Shown one piece after another: positions 47,618-56,799 of a DNA stretch of 64,000 bases (positions are counted from its first letter, which is position 1; every line of letters begins with the position of its first letter). Made by a program: the position numbers and the translations under genes. The DNA is from an uncultured Candidatus Saccharibacteria bacterium (GTDB taxonomy: Bacteria > Patescibacteriota > Minisyncoccia > Phycocordibacterales > DATDWN01), in the NCBI GenBank assembly GCA_964391455.1, contig CAYMJQ010000003.1, forward strand, positions 12,435 to 76,434. The letters are read 5' to 3'. The notes under the pieces are model-generated. The model saw nothing but the letters and a program-made list of their open reading frames with translations. It had not been told where the DNA came from and searched no databases.

Positions 47618-50600
47618 CTAATAATTCTTTCGACCCCTTTTTTATTTGAACATCTAAAGACAACCCTCTTAGATTATTAATCAAAACATTAAATGATGCC
47701 GGCACGTTCAATTGAGTAATCGGCAAACCTTTAACTATTGCATCATAAGCTGCTGAACGACCAACAATATCATCAGACTTAATTGTTAGAATTTCTTGTA
47801 GAGTATGAGCCGCACCGTGTCCCAAAAGTGCCCACACTTCCATTTCTCCAAATCTCTGTCCTCCATTTTGAGCTTTACCACCAAGAGGTTGTTGAGTAAT
47901 AAGTGAGTATGGACCAATAGATCTCATGTGAATCTTATCTTCTACCATGTGGTGAAGTTTCAGTATGTACATATATCCAACTGCAACTTCTTGAGCGAAT
48001 GGTTCACCAGTTCTACCATCAAACAGTTTCATTTTACCTGTAGAAGAGTAGCCGGCCTTAACAAGTTCTTCTTTTATTTCATCTCCAGTCGCTCCAGCAA
48101 AAGGAGGAACGATAGCTTGGTAACCTAAAGTATTTGCCGCTAGACCCAAGTGAAGTTCCAGAATTTGCCCAAGATTCATACGTGAAGGCACACCAAGTGG
48201 AGTAAGAATTACATCTACAGGAGTACCATCTGCCATATAAGGCATATCTTCTTCAGGAAGTATTCTAGAAATAACTCCTTTGTTTCCATGTCTTCCAGCA
48301 AGTTTATCTCCAACAGATATGTTTCTTAGTTGAGCAACTTCTATGTGAATTCTTTTTATTATTCCAGAATCCAACTTGTCTCCTTTTTCTCTAGAAAATA
48401 CTTGAACTTTGATAACTCTTCCTCTTTTACCTCCTTCCATTCTCTTTGAGGTATCTTTAATATCATGAGCTTTCTCTCCAAAAAGTGATCTAAGTAATCT
48501 TTCTTCTGGAGTTAACTGTGTCTCTCCTTTTGGAGTAATTTTTCCAACCAAAATGTCTCCAGGTCTAACCTCAGCCCCAACTCTTACTATACCGTCCTCG
48601 GCAAGATTTTTTAGTTTTGCTTCTCCAACATTTGGAATATCACAAGTTGTAACTTCTGGACCAAGTTTTGTGTCTCGCACATTAACCACAAACTCATCTA
48701 TGTGAATAGATGTGAATTTACTATCTTTAATAACTCTTTCAGAAAGAATAATCGCGTCTTCATAGTTTGATCCAGACCAAGACATGAAAGCAACGAGCAT
48801 ATTTTGACCTATCGCTGATTGCCCATTAACCGAAGCACTCGTATCTGCAATAACTTGCCCTTTCTTCACCTTGTCCCCAACATTAACGCTCGGTCTTTGG
48901 TGGAAAGCTGTAAATCCATTTGTTCTAGAAAAATTAATTAATTTATATTCTACTTCCTTACCCTTATTACTCTTCATTACAATTTTTTTACCATCAGCAT
49001 GAGTAACAACCCCGTCTTCATCTGCAATAACCAGTCTTCCTGTATCTTTAAGTGCATCAGCTTCCATACCAGTTGCAACAAGAGGAGCTTCTGGAACTAT
49101 ACAAGGAGTCGCTTGTCTTTGCATGTTACTTGCCATCAGTGCTCTGTTTGCTTCATCGTGATTCAGAAAAGGAATCATAGATGTAGCAATTGAAAAAGCT
49201 TGATTTGTAGAAACGTCTATATAATCCACTTTATCTCGTGAAATAGTTGCTGGTTCTCCCTCTATTCTAACTTCAACTTCAGATGAAAGTATTTTTCCAT
49301 TTTCATCTACAGGAGTTGCTGCATGTGCAATATTGAAACCTTCTTCTTCAGAAGCATTAAGATAAACTATTTCATCCGTAACTTTTCCATTTTTTACTTT
49401 GGCGTATGGGGTCTCAATCATCCCAAAACTATTTATTCTTGCATATACAGAAAGTCTTAATACCAAACCGATGTTTGGACCTTCTGGTGTGTGAATAGGA
49501 CACAGTCTTCCATAATGAGAAGGATGAACGTCACGAACTTCAAAACCAGCACGAGTTCTGTTTAATCCGCCCGGACCTAGAGCTGATAAAGTTCTTAGAT
49601 TTTCAATTTCAGCTACAGGATTTTCCTGTGTCATAAATTGAGACAATTGATTTGTTGTGAAAAATTCTTTAATTCTTGCTTGAAGAGGTCTAGGTGCAAC
49701 AAACTGAACAGGCAAAGTAACATCTGTCTCAATTGTAGACATCTTATTTTGAATATTTCTCTTTATTTGAGCAATACCTTTTCTTATATTTTGCTGAAAC
49801 AATTCTCCAACAAATCTAACTCTTCTTGAGCCCAAGTGATCTATATCATCTGCTGTAGCGTTAGGAGTATTGTTAAGTAATGCTATATGAGAAACTATTG
49901 TTGAAATATCAGATACTGAAATAGTTCTTCTCTTTAATTCCTTATCGTCCATAGAAAGACCGAACCTTTTATTAAATCTGTGCCTTCCAACAGGAGAAAG
50001 ATCGTATCTTTCACTATCAAATATAGAATCGACAAACTCTTTTGCATTTTCTGCTGTAGCCAAATCCCCGTCTCTTAGTCTCTTGTGTATATCTATATAT
50101 GCTTCTTCTACAGTTTTTGTGTGGTCTTTGACCAAAGTTTTTTCTATAGAATTTTTAGCAAACTCATCTTTTTCAAAAAGTTTCTTAATTGCTTCATCAT
50201 CTTTTACACCAAGAACTCTAAGAAGAGTTGTAATAGCAAACTTTCTTTTTCTATCTATTCTCACAAACATAACACCATCACTATCTGATTCTATTTCTAT
50301 CCAAGCTCCTCTAGAAGGTATAATTTTGGCACCAAAGAAATTTCGTCCTTTTATTTCTGTGGCAGTAAAAAATACACCATAACTTCTAGCTAGTTGAGGA
50401 ACAATCACTCTCTCAATACCAGAGATAATAAAAGTACCGTGTGAAGTCATCAAAGGAAAATCAGCCAAAAATATTTCTTGCTCTTTTTCTGTTCCCAAAA
50501 TGTGGTTCTTTAGTCTGACTCTTGCTTTAAGAGGAGCTTCGTATGACAATTTATTATCTTTTGCATAATACTCATCATATTTTGGAGTAGATAATTCAAA

Positions 50601-50795
50601 ACCTGTAAAATCTAGAGTAAATTTTTTCTCAGAAAAATCTTTTATAGAAGAAAACTCTTCAAAAACCTCTTTCAATCCTTTCTCAACAAGCCACTTAAAA
50701 GATTCTATTTGTGGTTCTACAAAATTGGGAGTTGGCAAAAGAGGTTTTTTGTATCGACTAAAAAATTTCTGCGGACGAATAGTTGGTGTATTCAT
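47592..50795 (-). CDS. rpoB: DNA-directed RNA polymerase beta subunit
   Basis: 1067 aa; the stop overlaps the rpoC start. Confidence 0.95.
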   Translation of the reverse strand: MNTPTIRPQKFFSRYKKPLLPTPNFVEPQIESFKWLVEKGLKEVFEEFSSIKDFSEKKFTLDFTGFELSTPKYDEYYAKDNKLSYEAPLKARVRLKNHILGTEKEQEIFLADFPLMTSHGTFIISGIERVIVPQLARSYGVFFTATEIKGRNFFGAKIIPSRGAWIEIESDSDGVMFVRIDRKRKFAITTLLRVLGVKDDEAIKKLFEKDEFAKNSIEKTLVKDHTKTVEEAYIDIHKRLRDGDLATAENAKEFVDSIFDSERYDLSPVGRHRFNKRFGLSMDDKELKRRTISVSDISTIVSHIALLNNTPNATADDIDHLGSRRVRFVGELFQQNIRKGIAQIKRNIQNKMSTIETDVTLPVQFVAPRPLQARIKEFFTTNQLSQFMTQENPVAEIENLRTLSALGPGGLNRTRAGFEVRDVHPSHYGRLCPIHTPEGPNIGLVLRLSVYARINSFGMIETPYAKVKNGKVTDEIVYLNASEEEGFNIAHAATPVDENGKILSSEVEVRIEGEPATISRDKVDYIDVSTNQAFSIATSMIPFLNHDEANRALMASNMQRQATPCIVPEAPLVATGMEADALKDTGRLVIADEDGVVTHADGKKIVMKSNKGKEVEYKLINFSRTNGFTAFHQRPSVNVGDKVKKGQVIADTSASVNGQSAIGQNMLVAFMSWSGSNYEDAIILSERVIKDSKFTSIHIDEFVVNVRDTKLGPEVTTCDIPNVGEAKLKNLAEDGIVRVGAEVRPGDILVGKITPKGETQLTPEERLLRSLFGEKAHDIKDTSKRMEGGKRGRVIKVQVFSREKGDKLDSGIIKRIHIEVAQLRNISVGDKLAGRHGNKGVISRILPEEDMPYMADGTPVDVILTPLGVPSRMNLGQILELHLGLAANTLGYQAIVPPFAGATGDEIKEELVKAGYSSTGKMKLFDGRTGEPFAQEVAVGYMYILKLHHMVEDKIHMRSIGPYSLITQQPLGGKAQNGGQRFGEMEVWALLGHGAAHTLQEILTIKSDDIVGRSAAYDAIVKGLPITQLNVPASFNVLINNLRGLSLDVQIKKGSKELLDGGKQNTQ

Positions 50796-51019
50796 AAAAT
50801 TTAAAACTTAATAAAATATTAAAACTAAAAACTTAATTCTTAATAATAAAGACAAACAAAACTAACCATCTTCATTTCTTTAGATGGTTTCCTCTACACT
50901 ATTCAATTTTTAGAGATTGAAATGCAAAATAGTAGAGAGTAATAACTAGTAAACCCTTACAAATAAACCCTAGAATTAACTCGCCTCTGCCAAAACTCAA
51001 TCATGTGAAGCTAAACCAG

Positions 51020-51048
51020 AGTATATGTCAATAGGTATTTTTTGTCAA
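51020..51048 (-). promoter_or_regulatory. strong promoter of rpoB-rpoC (TTGACA-17-TATACT) with long structured 5' UTR
   Basis: The minus-strand read is TTGACAaaaaatacctattgacaTATACT, about 220 nt upstream of the rpoB ATG. Confidence 0.5.
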
Positions 51049-51153
51049 CAAAAGTCAAATAGTTTATCCACATACTACCAACAGCCAATTTGACTCTACA
51101 AAAACAAAAACCGGATAAATCCGGCTTTGTCTAAGAGATAAAAATCAATTGGC

Positions 51154-51705
51154 TTACTGTCTAATTTCAGTGAAAGTAATACCTCTCGGCAGAGAAAACT
51201 TTGATTTATCTGTATTCCAAGGTTCACAATTATAGTCACCTATTTGTTCAGCATTAAAACTATACTGCCCGCTTGTTCCAAAATTAGAATCTCCTCCTTC
51301 TCCCATATCTACAGGTGCCTTAAATCCAACTCCAGACATCATGCTAGACCAAGTATAAGTAAAACCTCCAGTGACTAAAAGTTCACTATTTATATTCATA
51401 CCAGATACAGATGTAGAAAATGTTCCTCTGATATTTTCACCATCAATATAGACAGTACCTTTGCTCTCAATATTTTCAACATACTGATTGACACTACAAA
51501 CATAAGATCCACCTTGTTTCAAAAAATCATTGAACGACATTTTTTTATTAGATGTGTTCTCTTGTGGTACAGAAGGATTAGGTTCCCCAACTGCAATGGA
51601 GTTTTGTGATTTTTCTGTAGAACTTTCTCTATTATTCATAAAAAAGTAAGCACCTCCCAAAACCACTACCCCGCCCAAAACCCCTGCAATTAATTTATTA
51701 TTCAT
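51154..51705 (-). CDS. hypothetical exported protein
   Basis: An N-terminal TM/signal segment followed by a Ser/Gly-rich, probably beta-rich domain. Confidence 0.45.
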   Translation of the reverse strand: MNNKLIAGVLGGVVVLGGAYFFMNNRESSTEKSQNSIAVGEPNPSVPQENTSNKKMSFNDFLKQGGSYVCSVNQYVENIESKGTVYIDGENIRGTFSTSVSGMNINSELLVTGGFTYTWSSMMSGVGFKAPVDMGEGGDSNFGTSGQYSFNAEQIGDYNCEPWNTDKSKFSLPRGITFTEIRQ

Positions 51706-51720
51706 ATTATTTATTTACTT

Positions 51721-52002
51721 CTAATGTTCCATATTATACCTCCAACCTTCCTTTTTAAGTAGAGCCAGTTTTTTGGATGGACCACCACGATTGTATTCCC
51801 CAACTTTACCATCAGAGAGTATTACCCGATGACATGGAACAGTTTTGTCATGGTTGGCCTTCATGATACTTCCCACGGCTCGACTTGCTCCAGGACTTCC
51901 AGCTCGTGTTGCAACTTGTTTGTATGTTAAAACTTTACCTTGGGGTATTCTCCTTACCACATATTTCACAAATTCAGTAAATGTTTTCTTTTTTATTTTC
52001 AT
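51721..52002 (-). CDS. small methylated-DNA-protein-cysteine methyltransferase (MGMT/Ogt C-domain only)
   Basis: Carries the PCHRV active-site motif and an HTH-like YKQVATRAG segment. Confidence 0.75.
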   Translation of the reverse strand: MKIKKKTFTEFVKYVVRRIPQGKVLTYKQVATRAGSPGASRAVGSIMKANHDKTVPCHRVILSDGKVGEYNRGGPSKKLALLKKEGWRYNMEH

Positions 52003-52049
52003 TTATTTTTTACTAAAAACTAGAAACTAACGACTAGAAACTTGAAAAT

Positions 52050-52556
52050 TTATAATTTTCTACTGTCATATGCCCAATGAAGCACAGCTTGTCTCTGTTT
52101 TCTGTGGCACGAATAATCTCCTGGGCTACATTTTAAAGTTATTTGAACAATATGCCTCTTGATAGCTTTCCAACGCTTTATTTGTCTTTCATCATCACTT
52201 GTCCTTCTACCCATATAGTAACGACAATACCACTCAAACCAACCTCTAGGATCTTGTGCATTTATCCAACCCTTTTTTCTCCAGACAGAAAGTGGTTGAC
52301 TAGCGTTAATTCCAAAGAAATTAATTTTTGGATCATGTTTTTCTTTGCAGAGTTTTACCTTCTTCCACCAATCTTTTGGATATTCATCTGTTTCTGCAAC
52401 ATCTGTCATATATTTTCCACCAAAAACACCGAGCTCTAGCATTTCTTTTGGAGTTAATTCTGGTTTAAAATCAGGATGAAAATTTTTTCCTTTAGGTTCT
52501 GTAAGCTCATACTCATAACTCCCTTGCATCTTATTGTTTACTTTTACTTTTTTCAT
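52050..52556 (-). CDS. hypothetical protein
   Basis: 168 aa, Trp/Lys-rich (GWFEWYCRYYMGRR). No motif recognised. Confidence 0.4.
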   Translation of the reverse strand: MKKVKVNNKMQGSYEYELTEPKGKNFHPDFKPELTPKEMLELGVFGGKYMTDVAETDEYPKDWWKKVKLCKEKHDPKINFFGINASQPLSVWRKKGWINAQDPRGWFEWYCRYYMGRRTSDDERQIKRWKAIKRHIVQITLKCSPGDYSCHRKQRQAVLHWAYDSRKL

Positions 52557-52557
52557 A

Positions 52558-52830
52558 CTACTCAGCTTTATTTAGCTTTTTATATAAAGTTCCAGTAAAA
52601 AATAAAGTTACTACACCAATTATCAATAAATAATATGGATTTTCTCTAAAGAAAGCTATGTCATCTGCAACCAATTCAAATCCATGTAGTATAGAAGCCA
52701 AACCAAATGTAACTAAAAAAGCAAAAAGTAACGGGTATCTTTTTAAAACAGGTTTAGTCCTGTAACCAAACTCATCATGAATACTCTTTATCATTCTTTC
52801 TATTTCAAGAATTGGATCTTTTTCTTGCAT
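52558..52830 (-). CDS. small membrane protein
   Basis: 90 aa with two TM segments. Confidence 0.4.
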   Translation of the reverse strand: MQEKDPILEIERMIKSIHDEFGYRTKPVLKRYPLLFAFLVTFGLASILHGFELVADDIAFFRENPYYLLIIGVVTLFFTGTLYKKLNKAE

Positions 52831-52837
52831 AAATTAT

Positions 52838-53116
52838 TTATTTAATATTAAAGGATACATTAATTGTATCATTTTCATAAACCCCCACACTTTTTCTTAT
52901 GTTATTTTTTAAGCACAATAGATATCCTTTAGATTTCTTATGTGGGAAAAGTGATGTATTCCAACTAACACCTTTTACAAGGGCATTAATTTTTATCATA
53001 CCCTTGCCATACTTTACCCTAATTTCTTCACTTATTTTTACAGGTACATTAACAAAGTGCCACCCACCGACACCCGGCCATAACCACACAGAAGCTTTAA
53101 ATTTATAGACCTTAGA
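52838..53116 (-). CDS. DUF1905-like small protein
   Basis: Starts MSKVYKFKASVWLWPGVGGWHFVNVP... Confidence 0.5.
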   Translation of the reverse strand, partial: SKVYKFKASVWLWPGVGGWHFVNVPVKISEEIRVKYGKGMIKINALVKGVSWNTSLFPHKKSKGYLLCLKNNIRKSVGVYENDTINVSFNIK

Positions 53117-53262
53117 CATGTAAATTATACTGATTTTAATTTCTGAGAATTTTTGCTTGAGTTCGAGACGTGAGTATGGATTGTGACTAAAATGTACAGA
53201 TAGTACATTGCAGGAACAAACGCAAACAAGCAACAAAAAAATCGAGCAAAAAGACTAGAAAT

Positions 53263-53844
53263 TTAGTACTTTCGAATAACTCCACGCACAATAGCCGCCA
53301 CCTTCAAATCATAAGTAGGATATATCGGTGCATAGTTTTTATTGGCTGGTTTTAGATATACAGTATTGCCCTTTTTTTTGAAATACTTCATGGTCCAACC
53401 CCCATCAACTTCTGCAATAACTATATCACCATCTTTTGGATCCCCTCGTCTTTCAACCAAAACTAAATCTCCTTCACGTATACCTTCATCTATCATGGAG
53501 TCCCCTTTTACTTCAAGTAAATATGTAGAGTTTTTGTTTCTCCCTATAAGATACTCATCTATACTTAAAGATTCTGTGTCATCTTGGTCCACCGTTGTTG
53601 GAATACCAGCTTCTACAAGTCCCAAAAGTGGTGTTTCCCCAAATATTTTTAAAGGAGTGAGTTTGCCGTTACTGTCTTTATCTATAATCTCATCTGCAAC
53701 CATTTTATTTATGAGTTTATAGACTGCATTTTTGGATTTAAATCCAAGTAGTTGCATTATTTCTTTATAGCCAGGCATACGCCTATTGTTTCTATAAAAA
53801 GAAAGTATTTTTTCTTTGTATATTGAATATCTTTCGTCAGACAT
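53263..53844 (-). CDS. lexA: LexA repressor
   Basis: An N-terminal wHTH, an Ala-Gly cleavage site (VEAGIP), the S24 Ser motif GDSM and a Lys motif YFKKKGNTVYLKP. Confidence 0.85.
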   Translation of the reverse strand: MSDERYSIYKEKILSFYRNNRRMPGYKEIMQLLGFKSKNAVYKLINKMVADEIIDKDSNGKLTPLKIFGETPLLGLVEAGIPTTVDQDDTESLSIDEYLIGRNKNSTYLLEVKGDSMIDEGIREGDLVLVERRGDPKDGDIVIAEVDGGWTMKYFKKKGNTVYLKPANKNYAPIYPTYDLKVAAIVRGVIRKY

Positions 53845-53848
53845 ATCT

Positions 53849-54040
53849 TTAAATTAATGAAAATCTTCTAAAACTCAAACTTGATCTCCTGTGTTTCAAA
53901 ACTTCAAGTCTTTTCAAAATGTTTTTGTGTTCTCTGGCCTCTCTTGTGTAAGACAAACCTCTAACTATTTTTCTATCAATAATATCATTTAAAACTTGTA
54001 ATTGTACCCTAAGTGTTTTTTCTAAATTTAATTGTGTCAT
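53849..54040 (-). CDS. small basic 63-aa ORF between SOS box and lexA (uncertain)
   Basis: The ORF is intact and ends 4 nt before the lexA ATG, but it lacks a clear SD. Confidence 0.3.
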   Translation of the reverse strand: MTQLNLEKTLRVQLQVLNDIIDRKIVRGLSYTREAREHKNILKRLEVLKHRRSSLSFRRFSLI

Positions 54041-54100
54041 ATTTTTTGTAAATTTAATTTATTAATTACTAAACCCTGGTTTACTTATAAATATATATTA

Positions 54101-54116
54101 GTGAACTATGGTTCAC
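54101..54116. promoter_or_regulatory. LexA operator of Cheo-box type (GTGAACTATGGTTCAC; GAAC-N4-GTTC)
   Basis: A perfect 6-4-6 palindrome matching the low-GC Gram-positive SOS-box consensus CGAACRNRYGTTCG, upstream of the lexA operon. Confidence 0.6.
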
Positions 54117-54173
54117 CAGTCAATAAAGACAAAACTAAAACTGTGGAAAACTAATTTTTAATATTTTAAAAAC

Positions 54174-54202
54174 TTGACATTTAACTTGATATATGCTACT
54201 AT
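54174..54202 (+). promoter_or_regulatory. sigma70-consensus promoter TTGACA-17-TACTAT of GC-rich cassette
   Basis: TTGACAtttaacttgatatatgcTACTAT. AGGAGG lies 7 nt before the ATG at 54223. Confidence 0.5.
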
Positions 54203-54222
54203 TAAGGATAGGAGGATAACAC

Positions 54223-54441
54223 ATGCCGAGTCCGAACTCGACCCGCTCCCGGCTTTGCAACCGGGAGAAAACCCGCGGTTTCCAGACCGCGGGCCACCAC
54301 ACGGTGAATATGTTTGGCGCGACGCCGACCATGTTCACGGACCAGCCGTGGCGGGACCCTCGGGTCCCCCGGCTGAAGAGCTTCAGCTCGGACAGGAGCT
54401 ACCTGCTCCCGTCCGAGTACAAGATCGAGGTGAGCCACTAG
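54223..54441 (+). CDS. 72-codon ORF in extremely GC-rich cassette; a protein-coding versus structured-RNA role is unresolved
   Basis: The product MPSPNSTRSRLCNREKTRGF...YKIEVSH has a strong SD. The region also carries six perfect hairpins, including a 14-bp stem that holds the stop codon in its loop. Confidence 0.35.
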   Translation: MPSPNSTRSRLCNREKTRGFQTAGHHTVNMFGATPTMFTDQPWRDPRVPRLKSFSSDRSYLLPSEYKIEVSH

Positions 54442-54459
54442 GCTCACCTCGATCACGCA

Positions 54460-54498
54460 GGCCGACCCACTTCAGAGAGCGGGTCGGCCTTTTCATTT
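54460..54498 (+). terminator. intrinsic terminator (ggccgaccc ... gggtcggcc + tttt)
   Basis: A 9-bp GC stem with a 12-nt loop and a T-run. It is preceded by a second perfect hairpin at 54423-54454. Confidence 0.65.
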
Positions 54499-54499
54499 G

Positions 54500-55159
54500 C
54501 TACCTAATTAAATCTTGCAATACAGGATAAACTCTTTCTGCAATTTTTTCATAACCTAAATCATTTGGGTGTATCTGATCTGACATATACCTATCATCCA
54601 ACAAAAGACCGTCTAAAACATTCGACACAAAAGCGACATTGTATCTTTTACTTAATTCTTCAAAATCAGAATCAAAATTATCCCTCAAAAGTCCACCCCT
54701 AACACCAAGAAGTAAAACCGTACTACCTCTTTGATGAATACTCTCTATAATTTTTCCTAAGTTATCAAAAGTTGTTTGTCTTGGAATTCTCCTGAGATAA
54801 TCATTACCACCAAGCAAAACTATAACCACTTTTGGATTATATTTATCTAAATCTGCTAATCTATTTAATCCATCGGTTGTAGTATTACCTGATACTCCCA
54901 AATTTATAATTGGTCTACCTAACCTTTTGGATAAAACCGAAATAAAATTGGTAGATTCTGAAGACGCTCCAACCCCTTGGATCAAACTGTCTCCAAAAGC
55001 TATTATATCTACCCCATCGGATGGATAATTCGTATAGCTATCTTTATTAAAAAAGAAGTATAAGAATATACCAATTAATCCTAAAAAAATAAAAACTATT
55101 GATATTAAATTTGTTTTATTTTCTAAAATACTTTTCATTAAACAAATAATAACACACAA
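54500..55159 (-). CDS. SGNH/GDSL-family hydrolase with N-terminal TM anchor
   Basis: Carries the IIAFGDSLIQG motif. Confidence 0.75.
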   Translation of the reverse strand: MCVIICLMKSILENKTNLISIVFIFLGLIGIFLYFFFNKDSYTNYPSDGVDIIAFGDSLIQGVGASSESTNFISVLSKRLGRPIINLGVSGNTTTDGLNRLADLDKYNPKVVIVLLGGNDYLRRIPRQTTFDNLGKIIESIHQRGSTVLLLGVRGGLLRDNFDSDFEELSKRYNVAFVSNVLDGLLLDDRYMSDQIHPNDLGYEKIAERVYPVLQDLIR

Positions 55160-55189
55160 AGAATCCGTGAAGGTAACACCTTCACGGAT

Positions 55190-55774
55190 TCACTCAAGAA
55201 TAGAAAAGTGGTACCAGTCAAAAATCATTATGTGAAAAACTAACTGTGACCACTCCTCTGTTGCTTCAATCAGATTCTGTTCCTCAAAAAACAAAAGTTC
55301 TTGCCTCAACCAATCCAACTCTGATAAAGAAAGTCCAATCTTTCCAATATCAATAGTTGAACCAGTGTTGTGTGTGGATGCCCTATCTCCAGATATCGGA
55401 GCAGCATTTGAATTTACCTTCTGAAGTTCTGCTTGATAGACCGTAGTCCTCACAGCAGAATTGATTTGAAACATTCTACCGAATGCATTGATGAAACGTA
55501 TTGCCAAATCATCAATGTACTTAGCGGTGGTGTATCTTACGAAACGAAAATCTTTTGGGATTCGTTCGTCGATTAAGACAGACTCTGGAATAGGAACAAG
55601 AATCCCGTTTCTTTTCAGCTCTTCCAAGTCGTCCTCATTATGGATTCTTGGAAGATTAAGAATCTTCGCTACTTCATTTTGCTTCTGCAAAGATTCTCTT
55701 GAACCAACAAGACTCTGAGAAAAGACTGTTTGATTAAAAAGAAACAGAAAACAAATGGTAAAAAACACATACAT
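55190..55774 (-). CDS. hypothetical exported protein
   Basis: Has an N-terminal signal-like segment. The promoter (TATAAT), RBS (AGGAGG) and first 9 codons lie inside the 65-bp repeat. Confidence 0.5.
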   Translation of the reverse strand: MYVFFTICFLFLFNQTVFSQSLVGSRESLQKQNEVAKILNLPRIHNEDDLEELKRNGILVPIPESVLIDERIPKDFRFVRYTTAKYIDDLAIRFINAFGRMFQINSAVRTTVYQAELQKVNSNAAPISGDRASTHNTGSTIDIGKIGLSLSELDWLRQELLFFEEQNLIEATEEWSQLVFHIMIFDWYHFSILE

Positions 55775-55811
55775 CTCACACCTCCTTTCTATAAATATTA
55801 TAGAAAAAATA
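55747..55811. repeat. 65-bp direct repeat copy 1 (promoter -10, RBS and start of the 55190-55774 gene)
   Basis: Identical to 56680-56744. Confidence 0.8.
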
Positions 55812-55935
55812 TATATTATTTGAAAGTTAATTTTTTAGTTTTTATTATTTTTTAAGATATTGAATAAAATTCAGACCCATACAATGTAATGACATAATTT
55901 CTTTTTGTATTTTATGATTTAGTTGTTCTACTGTG

Positions 55936-56556
55936 TTATTTGACCTTAAAAGTATTATAAATCTGCTCGAGCTCTTCTTTCATTCCAACTGGTATTTTCT
56001 CTTTTATTTTATCACTACCAAAAAGTGTATATGCGTGACTTTCATCATCTAAAACAGATTCGTGATAACCCCCCATAGAACGTAGCCATTCTTTGATTAA
56101 ATTTAGATCGTATTTCTTTAAAACCTCATCAACTTGTTTTTTATACTCTGGTCTTGTGTAGTAGAGTCCATGAGCTGTTTCGTGTTTTAAAGTTTTTTGC
56201 ACTCTCTCTGTATTTATATCGCCATATAAACCGATAATATAAAAAGGGTGTTCATCTCCTTTAAAATATTCTAGAAATATTTTTTCTTCGTCACTCAGTG
56301 GGTCGAAATCGCCAGCAAAAAAAGGGTTGAGTATATGAGATGGAATATTGAAACCAGACCAGTCTGTGTAATAGGTAAAATCCCCTTTTATTTCTGAATA
56401 CCATTTTTTATATTCATCTAGAGTAAATATTTTCCCTTTAAACTCCGGAGACTCATAGTGTTCCTGAAACCGCAAAAAAGTAGAAGTAAGTTCTACTTGA
56501 TTCTCAAATTGTAGTAAATATGTCCTATCTGCAACCTTAATCTTTTTTATATTCAT
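55936..56556 (-). CDS. hypothetical protein
   Basis: 206 aa with no motif recognised. Confidence 0.45.
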   Translation of the reverse strand: MNIKKIKVADRTYLLQFENQVELTSTFLRFQEHYESPEFKGKIFTLDEYKKWYSEIKGDFTYYTDWSGFNIPSHILNPFFAGDFDPLSDEEKIFLEYFKGDEHPFYIIGLYGDINTERVQKTLKHETAHGLYYTRPEYKKQVDEVLKKYDLNLIKEWLRSMGGYHESVLDDESHAYTLFGSDKIKEKIPVGMKEELEQIYNTFKVK

Positions 56557-56679
56557 TTTAAAAATTTATAGTTAATCTCGAGATCAATCAACTTACCTAC
56601 TCACAACCGTTAGAAAGCAATTCAACATCTTGATTCTACATCTCTGATCCAACATTAAAACATCATCCTTAAAAATATT

Positions 56680-56744
56680 GAAAACAAATGGTAAAAAACA
56701 CATACATCTCACACCTCCTTTCTATAAATATTATAGAAAAAATA
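56680..56744. repeat. 65-bp direct repeat copy 2 (duplicated promoter/RBS/start fragment giving a 12-codon mini-ORF MYVFFTICFQYF)
   Basis: Identical to 55747-55811 and located about 125 nt upstream of the 55936-56556 gene start. Confidence 0.8.
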
Positions 56745-56799
56745 AGAGAAAACCGCTATCTGGGAAAAATCTCAAATAGCGGGGGTTGTCTTTCTTTAC

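Noticed and set aside
43971-50382. Numerous 60-120-aa antisense or alternative-frame ORFs inside rpoB/rpoC and other large genes (for example 43971-44333, 47085-47372, 50083-50382)
   Set aside because: They are embedded in well-supported long CDSs on the other strand, and are hydrophobic or low-complexity with no SDs.
54223-54498. tmRNA or RNase P RNA identity for the GC-rich cassette
   Set aside because: There is no tRNA-like T-arm/ACCA 3' end (GGUUCGAxUCC) and no RNase P P4 motifs (GGAAAGUCCGG or ACAGAACCCGGCUUA) on either strand. The stop codon in a hairpin loop is reminiscent of tmRNA, but this is insufficient.
54174-54530. 118-aa ORF starting with TTG at 54174
   Set aside because: Its TTG start is the promoter -35 hexamer, it has no SD, and it reads through two terminator hairpins. 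The ATG at 54223 with AGGAGG is the only plausible start if the region is coding at all.
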